NCBI GenBank assembly: GCA_029247315.1 | Contig: JAQWLM010000099.1 | Location: 6,111 to 70,110 of the forward strand | Direction of reading: 5' to 3' | DNA length: 64,000 nt | Source: Verrucomicrobiota bacterium | Lineage (GTDB): Bacteria; Verrucomicrobiota; Verrucomicrobiia; Limisphaerales; AAA164-E04 | Shown here: in pieces, positions 1-10,790 of the stretch | Layout of the letters: every line of letters begins with the position of its first letter | How positions within the stretch are numbered: position 1 is the first letter of the stretch | Translations under genes and position numbers: made by a program | Notes under the pieces: generated by a model | Seen by the model: the letters and a program-made list of their open reading frames with translations, nothing else | What the model was told of the DNA's origin: nothing | Databases searched by the model: none

Positions 1-654
1 GCCTTGCTGTGGAAAAAGACCTGCCGTTGCGTAAACGATGCCTTGAATCACAAGGCATCCCGTTCGGACCGGCCAGGCAGAAATCATGCGCCCGTTTCCT
101 GAAATTCGGTGATCTTCCCCAGCAACACGATGTTTCCACAGGAATGATCCGTTCAATGCATCAAGGCAGTATACATTTCCATCGTCACTGCCAAAAAAAA
201 TACGTTCATCCGACAGGCACGGAGCGTAACGTATGGGACCATCGCTGCAGAAGGACCAGATGATCTGTCCGGTATTCGCATCCAGACAATAGAGGTGATC
301 ATCCGAGGAGGATCCAAAGAAGACCCGGTTACTGCCGATGACAGGCTGAAAGGTCGCATCATCTGCGGAGCGTGGATCGATGGTGTCTAAACGTTGCCAG
401 TAACTGCGTCGGGCAGGTGCTGGCCAGGCTGGTTTGGGTGCGGTGGCAGGCTGGTGATGCCATTGCAACCTTAAAGGGGAGGGTATCGATTCAGTCACAA
501 ACCCGGTGCGGGCCGTGTCTCCACGATAAGTTGGCCAATCACCTCGTGTGGTTTGCCAGCCAAGGAGATAAAGCGTGATGAGCCATGGAAGGCCCTTGGG
601 TGATGTTATTTGCTTGCTCACACGGAATGGGCATTGATTCCAAAAGGATGCATG
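1..654 (-). CDS. PQQ-like beta-propeller repeat protein, N-terminal part (gene runs off the window edge)
   Basis: Absent from the ORF track because there is no stop inside the window. My minus-strand translation (ATG at 654..652, codons down to 3..1) is open throughout. It reads MHPFWNQ...LPWLITLYLLGW (signal-like), then WPTYRGDTARTGFV, then repeated blades DDHLYCLDANTGQIIWSF and DDGNVYCLDALNGSFLWKH. An in-frame stop at 685-687 bounds the 5' side. GTG at 621 is an alternative start. Confidence 0.6.
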
Positions 655-1372
655 CATGTTGAAGGTATCCGCCTTGATGGGTGATCATCATCCATCAAGT
701 TTGCTTCATCATGTATTTTCCGATCAAATAAGTGCGATTGCTGTGGCAAGTGTTGAAACGGATATCCGGGGATTTATATTAGAAATCCGGAGCGACCCGT
801 TCCCGAACACTTCTCACACGTAATTTTAATGGTTTCTTTGAGAGTCAAGAAGGCCCAATGGGTTATTCGCTTCCTCTCCACTTCCAGTGACTCGTAACAC
901 TGGGTAACGATGTCTGCACATTACAATGCATTAAAGAGAAAGTCATGGGAAACTTCGGCTTCCATATTTCTGATCCAGGCAAAGGTAAAAGGCATGATGA
1001 CTGGTCAGGGAAATCTATGGGTGAACATCTCTCATGATTCTAAAACAGGATATGTGCCTTTTTTACGTGTTTCCTGGGATATGAGCACTCTCGATGGCCC
1101 TTTTCACGGCGAAATTGAAGAAACCGAATTCTCTTGCTGCTTCAGTCGGTGTGAAAAAACCCATGACCAGGAGCGTAAGCCTTTGACCTGATAGAAACTC
1201 CGTTCTGACAAAACGCATTTGGAATTTTTGAGCAGATGCTTGGTTGCTTTCCCTGGGTATATTAAGCAGATCGATTGGGAACTCTGTCGGGAAAAATGCA
1301 CATGCATTCGATCTGGGTTCGGGAGATCGAAATAGACAAAGACATAGTGAGTAGGGTTCAATAGCCTTATTC

Positions 1373-2974
1373 ATGAAAAAAACATCTCCTTACCGATACC
1401 TTGCCGGCGTGTGGACCATGTTGCTGATTTTGTGCGCTGGCGCTGCATCTGGTGTATCACAATCATTGCCCAATATTATTATCATATATGCCGATGACCT
1501 GGGTTATGGCGACCTGTCATGTTACAACCCGGCTTCGGCATATCAAACGCCCCATCTTGACCGAATGGCTCAGGAAGGAATCCGATTTACCGATGCGCAC
1601 AGCCCGTCAACGATTTGTTCACCCTCGCGCTATGGTCTTTTCTCGGGCCAGCAGATCTTCCGGTCTACCGGTCGGGGAGGCGGTGCCTTTGAAGGACCCG
1701 GTGGTCCGAGTTATCTGAAACCAGGTACACTCACACTGGGTGAGATGCTGATCCAAAAGGGATACCACACCGGGATATTTGGCAAATGGCATGTTGGACT
1801 CACCTGGTTGGACAAAAGTGGCCATCGGCTTGGTGGTGGATTTGAAAACTCACTACTCATCGATTACCGCAAGAGTACGCCTCTCGTTGACGGGCCCAAC
1901 ATGCGTGGCTTCCAAACGTCTTTTGTGACACCCAATTGTCCCACAACAGATCCTCTCTACATATACATTGATAACGGGATGGTTCCTGTCCCTGCCAATT
2001 ACCGCCACAAACGGACACAACTGCCCAACCCAGGAGGCAAATGGCGATGGGATAATGATGAGGGCTGGGCCGCTCCCGGATATGAGTTCGTGAAGGCGGA
2101 TCTTCTATTTTATGAGAAGACACGTAAGTTTATTGTCAATCATCGTGCAAGCACTCCCCACAAGCCTTTCTTCGCTGTTCTTTCTACCCAGATTTGCCAC
2201 GCTCCAGTTTTACCAGCTCCAGAGTTCAATGAGAAAACAAAGGCGGGCCCTCGTGGTGATTTTGTGCACGCTCTTGATGACTTGGTGGGTCGTGTGCTGG
2301 AGTTGATTGATGACCTGGGAATGGATGAGGATACGCTCATCCTCTTTAACTCTGACAACGGTCCTGAAACGATGCACGTTGCATGGATGAGGGAAGACCA
2401 CGCCCACGACCCTTCAGGAGGATGGCGGGGGGTGAAGCGCGATGGTTGGGAAGGAGGACACCGTGTTCCATTTATTGCGCGTTGGCCAGGTCGGATTCCT
2501 GCGGGGCAGTCATCCGATCAGATGACGAATACAACGGACATTTTTGCGACTCTTGCTTCCCTTGTCGGTTTTCAGCTTCCAGATGATGCGGCCAGGGATA
2601 GTTTCGACATGCTTCCAGTGATGGTCGGAACTCAGGACCCAGATCAAGCCATACGGCCACACCTCCTGACTCAGAGTTTTCGTGGTGAATTTCAGATCCG
2701 GCAAGGGCACTGGAAATACCTTGATCACCCTGGTTCAGGTGGAAATAACTACGATCAAGGCGTCATGAAAAAATATGCGTTGCCGATGTCTGAGCCTGAA
2801 GCCCCTGGCCAACTCTATGACCTGGCAGTGGATCCCGGTGAAACGACAAACCTTTATTTCAAGGAGACTGAAAAACGCAAGGCATTGCAGGCCTTGCTCA
2901 AGGAACTCAAGGAAAGTGGTCGTAGCGCGCCAAGGGGAAGGATCCCGATGGGAGTCGAAAGCATCCCACTCTAA
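1373..2974 (+). CDS. Arylsulfatase-family (formylglycine-dependent) sulfatase, secreted
   Basis: Signal peptide, then metal-binding IIIYADDLGYGDL. Canonical C-x-P-x-R maturation motif CSPSR, with the Cys codon at 1616-1618. GKWHVG motif present. Confidence 0.9.
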   Translation: MKKTSPYRYLAGVWTMLLILCAGAASGVSQSLPNIIIIYADDLGYGDLSCYNPASAYQTPHLDRMAQEGIRFTDAHSPSTICSPSRYGLFSGQQIFRSTGRGGGAFEGPGGPSYLKPGTLTLGEMLIQKGYHTGIFGKWHVGLTWLDKSGHRLGGGFENSLLIDYRKSTPLVDGPNMRGFQTSFVTPNCPTTDPLYIYIDNGMVPVPANYRHKRTQLPNPGGKWRWDNDEGWAAPGYEFVKADLLFYEKTRKFIVNHRASTPHKPFFAVLSTQICHAPVLPAPEFNEKTKAGPRGDFVHALDDLVGRVLELIDDLGMDEDTLILFNSDNGPETMHVAWMREDHAHDPSGGWRGVKRDGWEGGHRVPFIARWPGRIPAGQSSDQMTNTTDIFATLASLVGFQLPDDAARDSFDMLPVMVGTQDPDQAIRPHLLTQSFRGEFQIRQGHWKYLDHPGSGGNNYDQGVMKKYALPMSEPEAPGQLYDLAVDPGETTNLYFKETEKRKALQALLKELKESGRSAPRGRIPMGVESIPL

Positions 2975-3335
2975 CCATGCACTTCACAGGACTGCCTGTC
3001 AAAAACGATCCTGCTGTTTGGTCGGCTATGAAAACTGGATGTAACTCTACCTTTATTTCGATTGACGATGAAGCAAATGGTTGTGTGCAGTCTTCTCTTA
3101 AGTCCTCCCACTGCAAGGTTCGGTTGGCTGCATGCTGGACATGCCTTTATGACTGGTTTTTGGAACCTTTCAAACTTGAAATCCCGCGGTCATGGATCGG
3201 TTCTCAGTCGGAGATAAGTGGTGCGATCTTTCAAAGACAGGGTTTGTCATAATCGACTTCTTCGATACTTAGTGGCCAGGTAATTACATTGCATCCCTCT
3301 GGCAGTCGTGTCAGTTTGGTAATGAAGTCAGCATC

Positions 3336-4172
3336 ATGCTCCAAGGAAACCTACAAAAGCATCTCAAAACGGCGCAAAGTACACTTCCTATGATCGCGGG
3401 ATCAAGGCAACGCTGTTCCAGCAAGAAGGCAGCACGTCTTCACGGAGGATTTACACTTATTGAGTTGTTGGTTGTGATTGCGATTATTGCCGTCCTTGCA
3501 TCCATGCTCTTGCCATCCCTCAGCATGGCGAAGGCGAAGGCGCAACAGATCTTCTGTGTGAACAACCTCAAACAACTTGGCTTGTCTGTGATCATGTATG
3601 TGGACGATCAGGATAATACCTACCCTCCCATGCAAGCAGTTGAGCAAGGCGTCGAAAGTAGCTGGAGACCTTTCCTTTACCCATACATGGGTTATTCTGC
3701 AAAATCCTATGATTGCCCTTCAGAGAAAATTGATCGTTACGAAAACGGAGATCCAGCTTTTGTGGGACAACCCTTTGCCCGAGGTGAAACAGGAGTCCCC
3801 AGCGGGCTTGGTGCAGTGAATGTTCATTGGAACAAGGGCGGAGCTCAGCCGCCCTTTGGCCGTCCGGAAGGCTACGAGGATAACTTGTGCAAAGCCTCCA
3901 CGGTCGAATCCCACAACCAGTTGATTCTTCTCGGTGACGGTCACAGTGACTGGGGTGGTTGGCCTAACGACCGCTGGTGGATTTGGAAGGAACTTGGGGT
4001 TTCCAATGAGCCGGGCTTCAATCGTATCCTCCAGAATGATCCAGGTGCCACGCGCCACAACAGGAGATCCAATTATACCTTCGGAGATGGGAGTGTTCAG
4101 TCTTTGGACCCGAACCAAATCCCATGTAATCAGGAAGCATGCTGGTGGTCCGCGCCCATTGACCCACATTGA
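3336..4172 (+). CDS. Prepilin-type N-terminal cleavage/methylation domain protein with C-terminal H-X9-DG motif (DUF1559-like pseudopilin)
   Basis: [25 protein letters not shown] class-III signal, and a C-terminal [13 protein letters not shown] (H, 9 residues, DG). The leader is 38 aa if the start is 3336. An internal ATG at 3390 would give a more typical leader. Confidence 0.85.
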   Translation: MLQGNLQKHLKTAQSTLPMIAGSRQRCSSKKAARLHGGFTLIELLVVIAIIAVLASMLLPSLSMAKAKAQQIFCVNNLKQLGLSVIMYVDDQDNTYPPMQAVEQGVESSWRPFLYPYMGYSAKSYDCPSEKIDRYENGDPAFVGQPFARGETGVPSGLGAVNVHWNKGGAQPPFGRPEGYEDNLCKASTVESHNQLILLGDGHSDWGGWPNDRWWIWKELGVSNEPGFNRILQNDPGATRHNRRSNYTFGDGSVQSLDPNQIPCNQEACWWSAPIDPH

Positions 4173-4174
4173 AC

Positions 4175-4693
4175 ATGCATGAGAGATTGACCAGGAAGGA
4201 ACGGATGAAGGTCATCGCTGCATTATTGGTCATTGGCTTGGCTGGCAGTTTCCTGTATCAATTTTACGGTAAAAGGCACACAGGTGAACCTCTTTCCTAC
4301 TTTTACGATCTGAGCCAAGAGGCGTTGTTTGTTGCTCCAAAATCCAGTGTCCCACCCATGCGTGGCATTGATAATGACAAGGAAGATGCCGTACGAGCCG
4401 TGGTCATCGCCAAGGATGGTAACTGTGACAATCCAAAAAGTCGTGAGATTGCGTATCTGGAAATGTATTCGCCAGAATTAAAAGCCCAATTCGAATCCTT
4501 TCGGCAAAAGGATGTGTCGCATCATTCAAGTAGACAAACCTTGAGTCGAAGTCAGGCGAAAGCCCATCACTTTGTTCAAAAACCAGGGGATTCAAGGTGG
4601 TATCCAATTGAATCAAGACGTGGTATCGAAATTACCGAAGGGTGGCGACGCAGCACGCCACAAGGCAACCCATTCAGTGTCTGTGTCCCATAG
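4175..4693 (+). CDS. Hypothetical single-pass membrane-anchored protein
   Basis: The ORF abuts or overlaps the stop of the pseudopilin gene (TTG at 4169, ATG at 4175). N-terminal KVIAALLVIGLAGSFLY TM helix. No family recognised. Confidence 0.5.
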   Translation: MHERLTRKERMKVIAALLVIGLAGSFLYQFYGKRHTGEPLSYFYDLSQEALFVAPKSSVPPMRGIDNDKEDAVRAVVIAKDGNCDNPKSREIAYLEMYSPELKAQFESFRQKDVSHHSSRQTLSRSQAKAHHFVQKPGDSRWYPIESRRGIEITEGWRRSTPQGNPFSVCVP

Positions 4694-4947
4694 TTCCACC
4701 AAACCAGCCCCAGGGACTACAAACAATGACAAAGTTGACAATAGATCAGCGTGAAGCCGTGATGACGTTCCATTCATCGGGGATGGGTTTGCTTGGCGCC
4801 ATCATAACCCTTTTTCCTGAGATGACACCAGTCGATGGTACAAGACTTGTTTCCTTGCGGTAATGATTGCTGTTTCCGTTTGGATGGCGCTTGTGGTTTA
4901 TATTTTTAAGGTGCGCATTTCGACGAAAGTAAACAGTCCTGGTCCAG

Positions 4948-6069
4948 TTAACTCAAGAATGCTGGAGGAGGCTTCGTTACGATTGGTAATTCCAGCGACA
5001 CGGTGAACGTGGATCCTTTTCCAGGTTTGCTTTTCAGGGTGATGGTTCCCCCCATTTGTTCGGCAATTTTTCTGGAAATGGCGAGTCCCAGACCACTTCC
5101 CAGGAGACCCTCGGAGTGCAAGTTCCTGCTCACTTGGGAATAAAGTTCAAAAATGCCATCGTGTTCATCTTCCGGTATGCCGATACCTGTATCACTCACC
5201 GAAATATCAAACTGCACAGTTTGCTCGTTTACCCGATTGATATTTCTGTGAACCGTGATGGATCCTTCATCTGTAAACTTGGTTGCGTTGCCTATCAAGT
5301 TGAGAATGATTTGCTGCAGTCGCTTACGGTCACCCTTGATGAGAGGTGGGTCTTCTTGGTTGAACGTTGATTCAAAGGCTAGACCCTTTTGACGCAGCTC
5401 AGGTTGTATCAGCTTAGAGCAAGCATCGATTATTTCCCTTAGAGAGAAATCTGTCTCTTCAAGCTGTAACTTTCCAGCTTGGATTTTTGATGCGTCGAGT
5501 AGGTCGTTGACAAGTGTCATGAGAAGATTTGTCGAATTCTTCAAGACCTCCACATACTCTGTTTGATCTTTGTTCAAGGGTGTTTCCGTGAGCAAATTGA
5601 TCATACCGCACATGCCATTTAATGGATTCCGAATTTCATGACTTACACTCGCAAGCAGTTGGGTTTTTTGCTTGATGATGCATTCTGAAGCCTTCTTCTC
5701 AACCCGATGTTTTTCGAGCATGACTTCTTCCTTGATGCGTGCAGTTCGGTAGATGATTTCTGCGGTAACCCCTCCTATGCTGAAGATTAATGTAATAACG
5801 ATAAACGTTTCTTGTCCTATATGGTGATTGACAACCTGTAATCCAATGCACAACAGCATGGAATACAATGCGACAAAGATATAGGTGCTTCGGGAGAAAA
5901 AATTGGCGGCATAATAAATGGGTCCCACGAGAAAAATTAACAGGTTCTCCAAGGTATGGGCCAAAAACTCATATTTCCCTCCATGGTGGCCATGCAAAGA
6001 TGCAACCAGTACCGCGAAGGGGAGTGAAATCGAGAATAATATGGTAATGAATTTAGCTCGATGTTGCAT
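4948..6069 (-). CDS. Membrane sensor histidine kinase (no cognate response regulator in window)
   Basis: About 4-5 N-terminal TM helices, H-box SHEIRNPLNG, and HATPase_c N/G boxes (NLIGNATKF, DTGIGI, GSGLGLAISRKI). Confidence 0.9.
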   Translation of the reverse strand: MQHRAKFITILFSISLPFAVLVASLHGHHGGKYEFLAHTLENLLIFLVGPIYYAANFFSRSTYIFVALYSMLLCIGLQVVNHHIGQETFIVITLIFSIGGVTAEIIYRTARIKEEVMLEKHRVEKKASECIIKQKTQLLASVSHEIRNPLNGMCGMINLLTETPLNKDQTEYVEVLKNSTNLLMTLVNDLLDASKIQAGKLQLEETDFSLREIIDACSKLIQPELRQKGLAFESTFNQEDPPLIKGDRKRLQQIILNLIGNATKFTDEGSITVHRNINRVNEQTVQFDISVSDTGIGIPEDEHDGIFELYSQVSRNLHSEGLLGSGLGLAISRKIAEQMGGTITLKSKPGKGSTFTVSLELPIVTKPPPAFLS

Positions 6070-6285
6070 GTGATCCTATTCAGCTTTGCTTTACAATGGC
6101 ACTCATCCCATCGAATCCGAGTCAACTTTACAAGTCAAGGGAAGGTTCTTTGCAAGCACTCATTTGGAAACTTTGATTATTTTAAGTGGTTTCCCAATCA
6201 GGAAGAGTGGAGAACGATAATCCATCATCCAAGCAACGCTATGTCAAACGGTGACTTAAGGCTTTTGAGGGAGCCACACTCATTT

Positions 6286-7539
6286 TCAGGAAGTAGAACT
6301 TGTATCGTCCATATCAATCGGCCAGGCCTTGATAATTGAGTTGATCAGGGTGGCCAGTGGTATGGCAAAAAACACCCCCCAAAAACCCCACAACCCACCA
6401 AACAAAAGGATGGCGGCAATGATGGCTATGGGGTGCAGACTGGTGGCCTCAGACAGTAGAATCGGTGCGAGGACATTACCGTCCATCACCTGTATGATGG
6501 AGTAGGCTACAAGAAGCCAAACGAAGGCACTAGACATGCCAAATTGATAGTAGCCCAGGATGATGATGGGAATATACATCAGTGTGGCGCCTACATAGGG
6601 AACCAGAACGGATAGACCCACGAAGAGGGACACCAGTAGGGTGGCACGCAGCCCGAAAAGCTTGAATGTGATGTAGGTGACACTCCAAACGATCATGACT
6701 TCCCAGAACTTTCCCCTGACATAGTTGCTGGTTTGAACATTCACCTCCTCCCAAACCTGCCTTGTCAGGGTGCGATCATGGGGTAAAAACCGTGAAAACC
6801 AGCTGAGTATTGATTCTTTATCCTTGAGTATAAAAAATACCAGGACCGGTACCAGCACCAAGTAAAGCATCCAAACGACCACATTCTTAAGCGATGAAAT
6901 CGAAAAGGTGAGCGCTTTCCTTCCAAACTCTGTTAATTCCGCCTCAACCTTGTTTGTCAGGTTGGCATAACTTGTGGCAGTTTCTGCCTCTGTCGTGGAG
7001 GACCTTTTGCCTGTAGATTCGGGATCATCAAAGAAGACTTCGGGGTTCTCATCATCACTGTATATTTCCACCGCTCCCTCGGAATCCTTGGGCGTTTCAT
7101 CATCGCTTGTGCTTTGAACGGCAGATAGGGACTGGGCACTGAACAAAGCTGGGAGGCGCCTGTTTCGGAGATACTCGTATCGCTGGTAGCCACTCTTCAT
7201 GTTGTTGGAGATGTTTTTGACAATCCCAGGTACGTCATTCCTCACGAATTTGTCTAATTCCGTGACCAGACTGGGGAATACGACAAAAGACAAGAGAAAT
7301 ACAGATAGCAGGAAAAGCAGGAAGACACCACAGAGTGCCATTAAGCGTGGTACCCCACGTCGTTGAAAACGCATGATAATGCCGTCAAGCAGGTATGCAA
7401 TGACAACAGAGGCAAGGATCGGGGCTAAAAAATCTCCTAGAAAAAAAATGGTAAGGAATACTGAAATTACCAAGGTAGCTAGTAGAACTATCTGCGGATT
7501 AGATAGTTGTCGTTTTAGCCAATCCTTGATCAGGTCCAT
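6286..7539 (-). CDS. AI-2E family (PerM/UPF0118) transporter with an acidic loop insertion
   Basis: The multi-TM layout and C-terminal ...HPIAIIAAILLFGGLWGFWGVFFAIPLA are typical of AI-2E. An Asp/Glu/Ser-rich insert of about 65 aa maps to nt 6955-7152. Confidence 0.75.
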   Translation of the reverse strand: MDLIKDWLKRQLSNPQIVLLATLVISVFLTIFFLGDFLAPILASVVIAYLLDGIIMRFQRRGVPRLMALCGVFLLFLLSVFLLSFVVFPSLVTELDKFVRNDVPGIVKNISNNMKSGYQRYEYLRNRRLPALFSAQSLSAVQSTSDDETPKDSEGAVEIYSDDENPEVFFDDPESTGKRSSTTEAETATSYANLTNKVEAELTEFGRKALTFSISSLKNVVVWMLYLVLVPVLVFFILKDKESILSWFSRFLPHDRTLTRQVWEEVNVQTSNYVRGKFWEVMIVWSVTYITFKLFGLRATLLVSLFVGLSVLVPYVGATLMYIPIIILGYYQFGMSSAFVWLLVAYSIIQVMDGNVLAPILLSEATSLHPIAIIAAILLFGGLWGFWGVFFAIPLATLINSIIKAWPIDMDDTSSTS

Positions 7540-7743
7540 GTGAAAAAGATAGGATGTTCACCCCACATCAGCAAGCCTTTAGGATGTTGGAAAAGCTTAC
7601 TTCACAACTTTGCTGCTTGACCCTAAGTGAGAATGAGTGCTTGGATCTTATACAAACGTGCCCCTGTCCATCGTTGGGTGTGGTATCGAATTCTCCTCCT
7701 GCGATGGGCTTGCCTAGATGAGGGATGCTAGTTTATCACTACA

Positions 7744-10629
7744 ATGAAAACATTATACATACGCCGATGCCTGTTGTTGTTGGTTTTGGTTTTTCTGAAA
7801 ATAGGGCTCCACGCTGCCACAGGAAATACCACTCCGAAAAGAACCGTTCCAAAGCCAGAATATCCACCTCATACAGAGATCATGGCTGATTTTAAACCAG
7901 TCATTTCCACGATCGATCAAAGCCCCAGTCTGTTCGGTTTATTCTTGCGGTCAAAGGATAACCAGGTGCTTGCCGCATTTCCCAAGAAATATATTTCCAA
8001 GAAGTTTTTCATTGCCCTCACTGTGGCAAGTGGAGAGCAGTATGCAGGGCTACAACAGGCTGACATGTATGTCTACTGGAAGCAGATCGGAAAACGAATG
8101 GTGTTAATTGAACCCAACGTGGACATCCGTTCCAGTGGAGATGCAGAATCCAAGCGCTCCGTTGATCGTCTTTTTACTGATCGTGTGCTCGCGGATGTGC
8201 CCATCCTCACAATGCATCCGCAGTGGGGGCCGGTGATTGACCTGGACGCATTTCTACTGGGGGAGGGGGCGAAATTTTTTGGATCCAGTGCGAGCGGATT
8301 AAACCGTAAACTTGGTGTGGTCAAAACTGCCAAAGCGTTTCCTGAGAACATTGAAATCGCCTTTGAAGTGCCCGTCTCAAGTGGCCTGCTCAAAACCTTT
8401 CATTATTCCATCAGTGAGATTAAGCCGAATCCGTCCTACCGTCCCCGCAAGGCTGACGAACGGGTGGGTTTCTTTACCACTGGCTACAATGACCTTGGCA
8501 AATATCAGGTGGATGATGTCCGCACCCGATACATCAATCGTTGGCATGTTGAGAAGGCCGATCCTGGTTTGAAGGTCAGCCCTGTAAAAAATCCCATCAT
8601 TTTTTATATCGAACATACCACGCCGATACGCTACCGGCGTTGGGTGCGCGAGGGTGTCTTGATGTGGAACAAGGCTTTTGAGAAAATTGGTCTGCTCAAT
8701 GCCCTGGAGGTGCGCTACCAGGATGCGGGGACGAAGGCCCACATGGAGAAAGATCCCGAGGACGTCCGTTATAATTTTATCCGGTGGCTTAACAACAACA
8801 TTGGGACTGCGATTGGCCCAAGTCGAGCCAACCCGATGAGCGGCGAAATCCTGGATGCAGATATCATTCTAACTGATGGCTGGATCCGTCATTTTTGGCG
8901 CAAATTCAATGAAGAACTGCCCAAACTTGCCATGGAAGGGTATTCCCCTGAAACGATGTCTTGGTTGCAGAAAAACCCCCAGTGGGATCCACGCGTAAGA
9001 TTTGCCCACCCGTCGAATCGTGAAACCGTTGCGATGCAGATTGCCCACGGAGATCATCATGCCTATGGCGGTCATCCACTGGCACACAACGATGCTACTG
9101 TGATTGGCGATCAGGAATTTGATGGTCTGATGGGACGAACCAGTCAGGTCAATGGGTTCTGTCAGGCGGCTGATTTCAGGGCTCTTGACATGGCGGTGAT
9201 GCGTTTTGCCATGGACATGATGGCATCCAAAGATGAGGAGAACGATGGTGACGGAGAAAACGGCGAGAAGGAAAAAAATGACGATGACCTTCTTGATGGT
9301 GTCCCCGATTGGTTTGTGGGTCCATTGATCGCCGACTTGGTGGCTCATGAAGTGGGGCATACCCTCGGACTGCGCCATAACTTCAAGTCTTCCAGCATTT
9401 ATACCCTGGAAGAAATTAACAGTGACGCTATCAAGGGCAAAAAGGCCTTCGCAGGTTCAGTGATGGACTATTTGCCAGTGAACATGCATCTGGAGGGCTT
9501 TGGAGAGAAGCAGGGGGACTACGGTATGATTGAAGTGGGACCTTATGACATGTGGGCCATTGAATATGGCTACTCCATCTCCAAAAACGAGGAATCCATA
9601 AAAGACATCCTTTCCCGCGTCAACGATCCACTGCTTGCGTATGCGACAGACGAGGACACTTACGGTCCAGACCCATTGGCACGTCGTTATGATTTCGCAA
9701 AGGACCCAATCTCCTATGCCCGTGGACAACTCAAGCTGGCCAATGAACATCGGGACAATATCCTGGGTGCCTTTGTCAAAAAGGGTGAGAGTTGGTCCAA
9801 GGCCCGGTACGGTTACGGGTTGACCTTGAGTATGCAGATGCGTTCCTTGAGCATGATGGCCAATTGGCTTGGTGGCGCGCTGATTAATCGGGCCAAGAAG
9901 GGAGACCCTGAATCCTCTCCTCCTATTCAAGTGGTTCCAGCATCCAGACAGCGCGAGGCGCTCCGATTTGTCGTGAAACACGCCTTTTTCGATGAAGCCT
10001 TCGGATTGACACCTGAATTATTGCGCCATATGTCCATGGACAAATGGATTGATGACTTCAGCTCTGCTGTTGAAGACAGTACATGGCCGATCCACGATCG
10101 TATCATGGGGATACAGTCCTCGGCCCTGACCATGTTGATGAATCCAAGCACGATGGGGAGGGTATACGACAACGAATTCCTCACCCCGGAGGATGAAGAT
10201 ATGATCACGTTGCCAGAAATCCTGGAATCCATACGCGAAGCTATCTGGTCTGAACTCGAAGCAACTAAGGAGGGCAAGTTTACCGCTCGCCGTCCCATGA
10301 TTTCCAGCCTTCGAAGGAATCTTCAGCGTGAACACCTCGAGCGATTGATTGATCTGAGTTTTGGTGGTAGTTTTTTCACGGTCTCGCAAAAACCCATATC
10401 CAACCTTGCAACGGTCCAATTAAGGCAAATAAGCAAAGGGATGCAGCGGGTGATGGATGCTGACGATGTCGATCCCGATCCCTACACCGAAGCACATCTT
10501 TCGGAAGCGATTGTGAGGATCGAAAAAGCGCTGGATGCTGATTACATCTACAATGCCTCCGATATCGGTGGAGTTGGAGGGTCCATGAGGTTTTTCATGG
10601 ATGTCCAGATGAGGAAATCTCAACCTTAG
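7744..10629 (+). CDS. Large secreted zinc-dependent metalloprotease (DUF5117/DUF4953-like architecture)
   Basis: Signal peptide. HEVGHTLGLRHNF zincin motif at nt 9346-9384. Acidic low-complexity linker KDEENDGDGENGEKEKNDDD lies upstream of the motif. Confidence 0.85.
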   Translation: MKTLYIRRCLLLLVLVFLKIGLHAATGNTTPKRTVPKPEYPPHTEIMADFKPVISTIDQSPSLFGLFLRSKDNQVLAAFPKKYISKKFFIALTVASGEQYAGLQQADMYVYWKQIGKRMVLIEPNVDIRSSGDAESKRSVDRLFTDRVLADVPILTMHPQWGPVIDLDAFLLGEGAKFFGSSASGLNRKLGVVKTAKAFPENIEIAFEVPVSSGLLKTFHYSISEIKPNPSYRPRKADERVGFFTTGYNDLGKYQVDDVRTRYINRWHVEKADPGLKVSPVKNPIIFYIEHTTPIRYRRWVREGVLMWNKAFEKIGLLNALEVRYQDAGTKAHMEKDPEDVRYNFIRWLNNNIGTAIGPSRANPMSGEILDADIILTDGWIRHFWRKFNEELPKLAMEGYSPETMSWLQKNPQWDPRVRFAHPSNRETVAMQIAHGDHHAYGGHPLAHNDATVIGDQEFDGLMGRTSQVNGFCQAADFRALDMAVMRFAMDMMASKDEENDGDGENGEKEKNDDDLLDGVPDWFVGPLIADLVAHEVGHTLGLRHNFKSSSIYTLEEINSDAIKGKKAFAGSVMDYLPVNMHLEGFGEKQGDYGMIEVGPYDMWAIEYGYSISKNEESIKDILSRVNDPLLAYATDEDTYGPDPLARRYDFAKDPISYARGQLKLANEHRDNILGAFVKKGESWSKARYGYGLTLSMQMRSLSMMANWLGGALINRAKKGDPESSPPIQVVPASRQREALRFVVKHAFFDEAFGLTPELLRHMSMDKWIDDFSSAVEDSTWPIHDRIMGIQSSALTMLMNPSTMGRVYDNEFLTPEDEDMITLPEILESIREAIWSELEATKEGKFTARRPMISSLRRNLQREHLERLIDLSFGGSFFTVSQKPISNLATVQLRQISKGMQRVMDADDVDPDPYTEAHLSEAIVRIEKALDADYIYNASDIGGVGGSMRFFMDVQMRKSQP

Positions 10630-10630
10630 C

Positions 10631-10687
10631 CATCTTCTTTTTCAAGGAAGATGAAAGCGCCCTCGATGGTTTTTTAGCCATCGAGGG
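10631..10687 (+). terminator. Two tandem hairpins just after the metalloprotease stop (terminator-like)
   Basis: Hairpin 1 pairs catcttc (10631-10637) with gaagatg (10647-10653). Hairpin 2 is a perfect 10-bp stem, ccctcgatgg (10660-10669) with ccatcgaggg (10678-10687), and a T-rich loop. There is no clear trailing U-tract, so it is not a textbook intrinsic terminator. Confidence 0.35.
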
Positions 10688-10790
10688 TCAGCGACCAGCT
10701 CTCTGGTTACCTTTTGTTGTCAACGCATGAAGTGGTTTTTTGGATTCTGAATCCACATGCAAGCATTGAGTCAGGAATCTAAATTGCCCC

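Noticed and set aside
9-362. Track ORFs 9-263 (+) and 153-362 (-) at the window start
   Set aside because: A different minus-strand frame is open from 654 to the window edge and encodes clear beta-propeller repeats. These two short ORFs are out-of-frame artefacts.
673-699. 8-bp-stem hairpin (cttgatgg / ccatcaag)
   Set aside because: The stem is short, there is no U-tract, and its position does not fit a terminator. It is mentioned only as a possible operator inside the intergenic finding.
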